Both the position numbers and the translations under genes were made by a program. The notes beneath the pieces are model-generated. The model ran no database searches. It was not told the DNA's origin and was given only the letters and a program-made list of their open reading frames with translations. Shown here one piece after another: positions 59,012 through 64,000 of a DNA stretch of 64,000 bases (positions are counted from its first letter, which is position 1; each line of letters opens with the position of its first letter). Location: the NCBI GenBank assembly GCA_951406725.2, contig CATOCA020000001.1:4092001-4156000 (forward strand), in the 5' to 3' direction. Source of the stretch: Octopus vulgaris. Taxonomy: Eukaryota.

Positions 59012-59859
59012 TACTTATATAATAACTTTAACTAATTTGTGTGAATATGTAAACCCTATTTTATGATACTAATTGTTGTAGTTATAATTTCTAGGAGTAT
59101 AATGTGTATAAATTAGCACGTAATCATATAGTGTATATTACATAATTAGAATAAGATTAAACTAAGAAGTTTATAAAATAAATGCACAAAGTAATGAATA
59201 TAGATTATAGTACAGAAATTTAGCTTACTTTATGTATCATATGTGTTTTACGTATTTTAATTTTAAATTATTTAGACTTTAAAATTGTCCAAACAGTTTT
59301 TTTTTCTTATTCGCACAGCTAAAATATATTTCGTCATTTTTACAGCTAAAATACTTTATAATTTTTATTTATGCCCCGATGGGAATGATAGGGAAGGTAG
59401 AGTAGGAATTTGTATGGTTGGGGTAGGCTTATGGGGGAGGGTTGACGAAGAAGGGGGGAGGGGAAGGTGGGTATGTGAGAAGAGAGAGAAAGGAAGAGAG
59501 GGTAAAAGAGTAAGAGAGAAGAGAGAAAGAGAGAAGAGAGAAAGAGAGAAAAAGAGAGTAAGAGAGAAGAGGGAAAGAGAGTAGGGGTGAAGAGAAGTAG
59601 GAGACGGGACAAGAGGGGAGAGTTGGGTGGGAGGAAGTAGGAGGGAGGGGGAGAGAGTCAAGGGGAGGAGAGTTGAGCCCAAATGGCGTAAAGGAGCTAA
59701 GAGAGAAGATTGTGCGCGTGTATTTATGTATGTATGTATGTATGTATGTATGCATATGCATATAATTATACGCTTGTACACACACACACACATACATATA
59801 TATATATTTATAAGATTCAACTACATCAAATTACATGCGGTCAAATGATACTTTTTCTT

Positions 59860-60440
59860 AGGGATCTATGGGTAAAGTATTTCCTAATTTATCTGCCAAT
59901 TACACTGATGTAAAATGGCCATATGAAACAGCTATACCAGCCCCCACTAATGAAATGGTCGATAAACTCTATAATGAAATTCTTCAAAAGTCAACAGGTA
60001 CAAGAAAAATGACTTTCGATCAATTGACAACAGTCGATCAAGATGAGGTTGTTCAACACCCTGTTGAATTTCTCAACCCACTGGGACGCCACCGCATAAT
60101 TTGACACTAAAACCCGGTGCTCCCATTTTGCTGCTTAGGATTCTTGAACCATCTCACCCGTGTAATGGAACTCGCTTAATTTTTACTCCCGTGAAGTCCC
60201 ATCTCATACAATCACAAAGGAGAAAATGTCTTTAGATCAAAATTCCTCTCACACCCACAGATATTCCATTTGAATTTAAGACGCTTCAATTTCCAGTCAA
60301 ACTAATTTTTGGTATTACATTTAACAAATCTCAGTGTCAATCCTTCAAGCTAGTTGGACTTGATCTCTCTATAACATGCTTCTCCCACGGGCAACGCTAT
60401 GTTGCTTGCTCTCGAGTTCGAAGCAGTAACAATTATTTAT
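59860..60440 (+). mobile_element. Helitron PIF1-type helicase 3' remnant
   Basis: APTNEMVDKL, PVEFLN, LTLKPGAPILLLR, CNGTRL, LQFPVKL.FGITFNKSQ and VGLDL...CFSHGQ.YVACSRV are present, with frameshifts. Confidence 0.85.
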
Positions 60441-61125
60441 AATTTCGACACCAACAAAAAAGTCCAGAATGCATATTGTTTACCCTGGGGTGCTTCAACA
60501 TTGACAGATTTTCAGTTCAAAATTCTGTTATCAATACCATTTGAATATTGCTCAATAAAATCTAGAAATTTTGAAATAAATATGAGAATATAAAAGATCG
60601 ACTCAGTAGTTGTACTGACGAGTAATATTCTTATATTTATTGTTTACTAATGTGAATAAGAACAGTTGTAACCCAGGTAACATAGGTAACACTACGAAAA
60701 ACTAATGCGTGTCACCACCTCAACGTGGTAGTTCTGCATACAACAATATTACTATTTATTTTTAATCCCAGGAGGATACTTTCTCCATCTGGTTAACGAC
60801 ACAAAAGATATAATCTTTTCGACCACATTACTTTTTTTTAAAAACCTGTTGTTTATTCTATTGGTATCTTTTGCTGAATCATTAAATTTAGGGAAAGTAA
60901 ATATACCGTCACCGGTTACCAAGCTGTAGCTGGGGCGGGTGCACACACACAGACACACACACAGATATATACATACTTAAATACGACGGCTTTCTTTCGG
61001 TTTCTACATACTATTTCCACTTACAAGGTTTTGGTCGCCCCAAGTGTATAATAGAGGACACTCACCAAAGTGCCATGCTATGGGACTGAACTAGAAAGTG
61101 TGTGGCTGTGGAGCAAGGTTACCAT

Positions 61126-61245
<120 letters not shown>

Positions 61246-61313
61246 GTGTGTGTGTGTGTGTGTGTGTGTGTCTTTATACATATATACATATGTATATATA
61301 AAGACACACAAAC

Positions 61314-61354
<41 letters not shown>

Positions 61355-61357
<3 letters not shown>

Positions 61358-61599
61358 CGTAGGTGCGTGATTATTGCGGCATCTTTCAACAAATTTTATT
61401 CAACAAAAACAATAACATGTAACAAAAACATCTTTAAATGATTATTCCGGAGCATATTCACCATCTACTTCAATTACTGCTTCCGATTCGCTTGACAGAC
61501 GGTCAGAACGTCATTAAAAATTTTTTTGTTTAATATTGTTATTGTTTTTGTTGAATAAATGTTGCTGAAAAAAGTCGCAATAATTATGCACCTACCCAA
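61355..61599 (-). mobile_element. Mariner-derived MITE, second copy
   Basis: Same TIRs and interior as 7508-7744, in the opposite orientation. Confidence 0.8.
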
Positions 61600-61759
61600 T
61601 GGGTGTGTATGTATGAATGTATGTATGTATGTATGTATGTATGTATGTATGTATGTATGTATGTATGTATGTATGTATGTATGTATGTATGTATGTATGT
61701 ATGTATGTATGTATGTATGTATGTATGTATGTATGCATGCATGCATGCATGTATGTATG

Positions 61760-61790
<31 letters not shown>

Positions 61791-62254
61791 GTATGTATGT
61801 ATGTAGGTGTGTGTGTGTACATATAGCCTTCTACTGCGTACGTAAATTTGTACATCTCTTGTATTACCTATTCTATGAATCAAAGGAATCGTATTATTGT
61901 TTAGTGACGTAAAGTTTGGTGATATTTAGAAAAAGTTGTAATTGTTATACTGGACCGGTTTCTAATGAAGTTTCGTTGTTGGATAAAATGAAACCCCATC
62001 ACTGAACTTAGAGAGAAGAAAAAATGAATTCAGTATTTATTAAGGATTTGTTAAATATTTTATTTTAGGATATTCACAATTATGCATAAAAGGCAAAATA
62101 ATAATTTTCAGTCAGTGATGCACAGCACCTCAGAAGCAATATACATATGTGCATATATGAATATGGGTGAAAAATATGTGTGAATATCCCTTTCTCTCTA
62201 TCTTTAAACTACTTGGTCAGGGTGCAGTACAAATAAAAGACCACTGAAACAAAA

Positions 62255-62540
62255 ATATATCAATTTATTTGAAAGCTAGAAAAAGCAAAATGCTGTAAAT
62301 AAGATGTTGGTAGAGGAGGAGTGTGAGAAAATAAATACAGAATGAAAGGAAGAAGATTAATTTAAGCCACAGCACAGGAAGTTATGACATGACAGCCATG
62401 GAAACAGCTTTATGGTGGTGACATCGAGCGGATAAATGGGTGCGTAGCAATGGGATTTGGGAAATAATCCCAGGCACTCATTTATAACTTTCATGGGTTG
62501 TTAAGGAAAGTATGAACCCACTCTCATATAAGTATGTACG
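62255..62540. repeat. Dispersed duplicate block, copy 2
   Basis: Matches 54945-55230. Confidence 0.9.
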
Positions 62541-62550
62541 TTTGCGAGTG

Positions 62551-62626
<76 letters not shown>

Positions 62627-63065
62627 GAAATATGTAATGTGTGAATATAGAGGTGTGCATGTGCACATATCTTTGTGTGTATATACACTTATGTTGAAAT
62701 ATATGTTTCTGCGCGCGTCTCGATGTGTACCAAAACTAAGAACGGACTTGAATATATCATCGTATCTGTCTCTCTATACATATGCATACATTGCTTTTAA
62801 TTGCGTTAATCATTTGACTGTGACCAGACTGGAGCAACACTTTCAAGGTTTGACTGGAGCAAATCAATGTAACTACTTATTTTTAATCCTGGTTCTTATC
62901 CCCACGGTTCTGTTTTTACTAAACAGATCGGTACGGGGACGTAAACAAACTAACGTCGATGGCCAAGCAGTGGTGGAGGACAATGACACCTCCACATATA
63001 CAAAAGAGAGTCTACTTTCAGATGCTGTCAACCAAATTCCTCTGAAGTCAATAGCTCGGATCCAT

Positions 63066-63784
<719 letters not shown>

Positions 63785-63953
63785 AGACCCTTGACCAAGT
63801 TATAACACCGAGGAACCGAACCTGGAATCATGTGGTTGTAAACGAGACCGTCCACTTCACTGCAGTTGTGCTACGCTTGGATGTCACCGATCGTAGTAGA
63901 ACACAGCTCCTTATCAAGTGTCTCTCTCTTTAATGATACTTTGATATATATGT

Positions 63954-64000
<47 letters not shown>

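Overview
Repeat-rich eukaryotic genomic DNA, most likely an octopus (inferred from the tRNA-derived SINE families and the (TA)n/(CA)n/(TTTC)n density). One host gene is supported: the 3' part of a minus-strand, intron-containing Mind-bomb (MIB2)-like gene, with exons from 52002 down to 30208. It encodes ankyrin repeats, a single C3HC4 RING and a C-terminal Death domain. Its 3' end is tandemly duplicated, so the RING exon is followed by three homologous phase-1 exons. Two have lost their splice donor and end at an aligned stop after 26 codons. The third leads into the Death domain. As assembled, the gene has two reading-frame inconsistencies: a T9/A9 homopolymer before the RING and the Death-domain junction. 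It is therefore either a decaying paralog or mis-assembled at homopolymers. The rest is transposon-derived: Chapaev3-like, Penelope-like, Sola2-like, mariner, RTE and CR1-type LINEs, a Helitron fragment, MITEs and SINEs. There is also a ~6 kb polypyrimidine array, minisatellites and a ~460 bp near-perfect palindrome. Most long ORFs in the supplied track are microsatellite artefacts. All family assignments come from motif recognition by eye; no searches were run.
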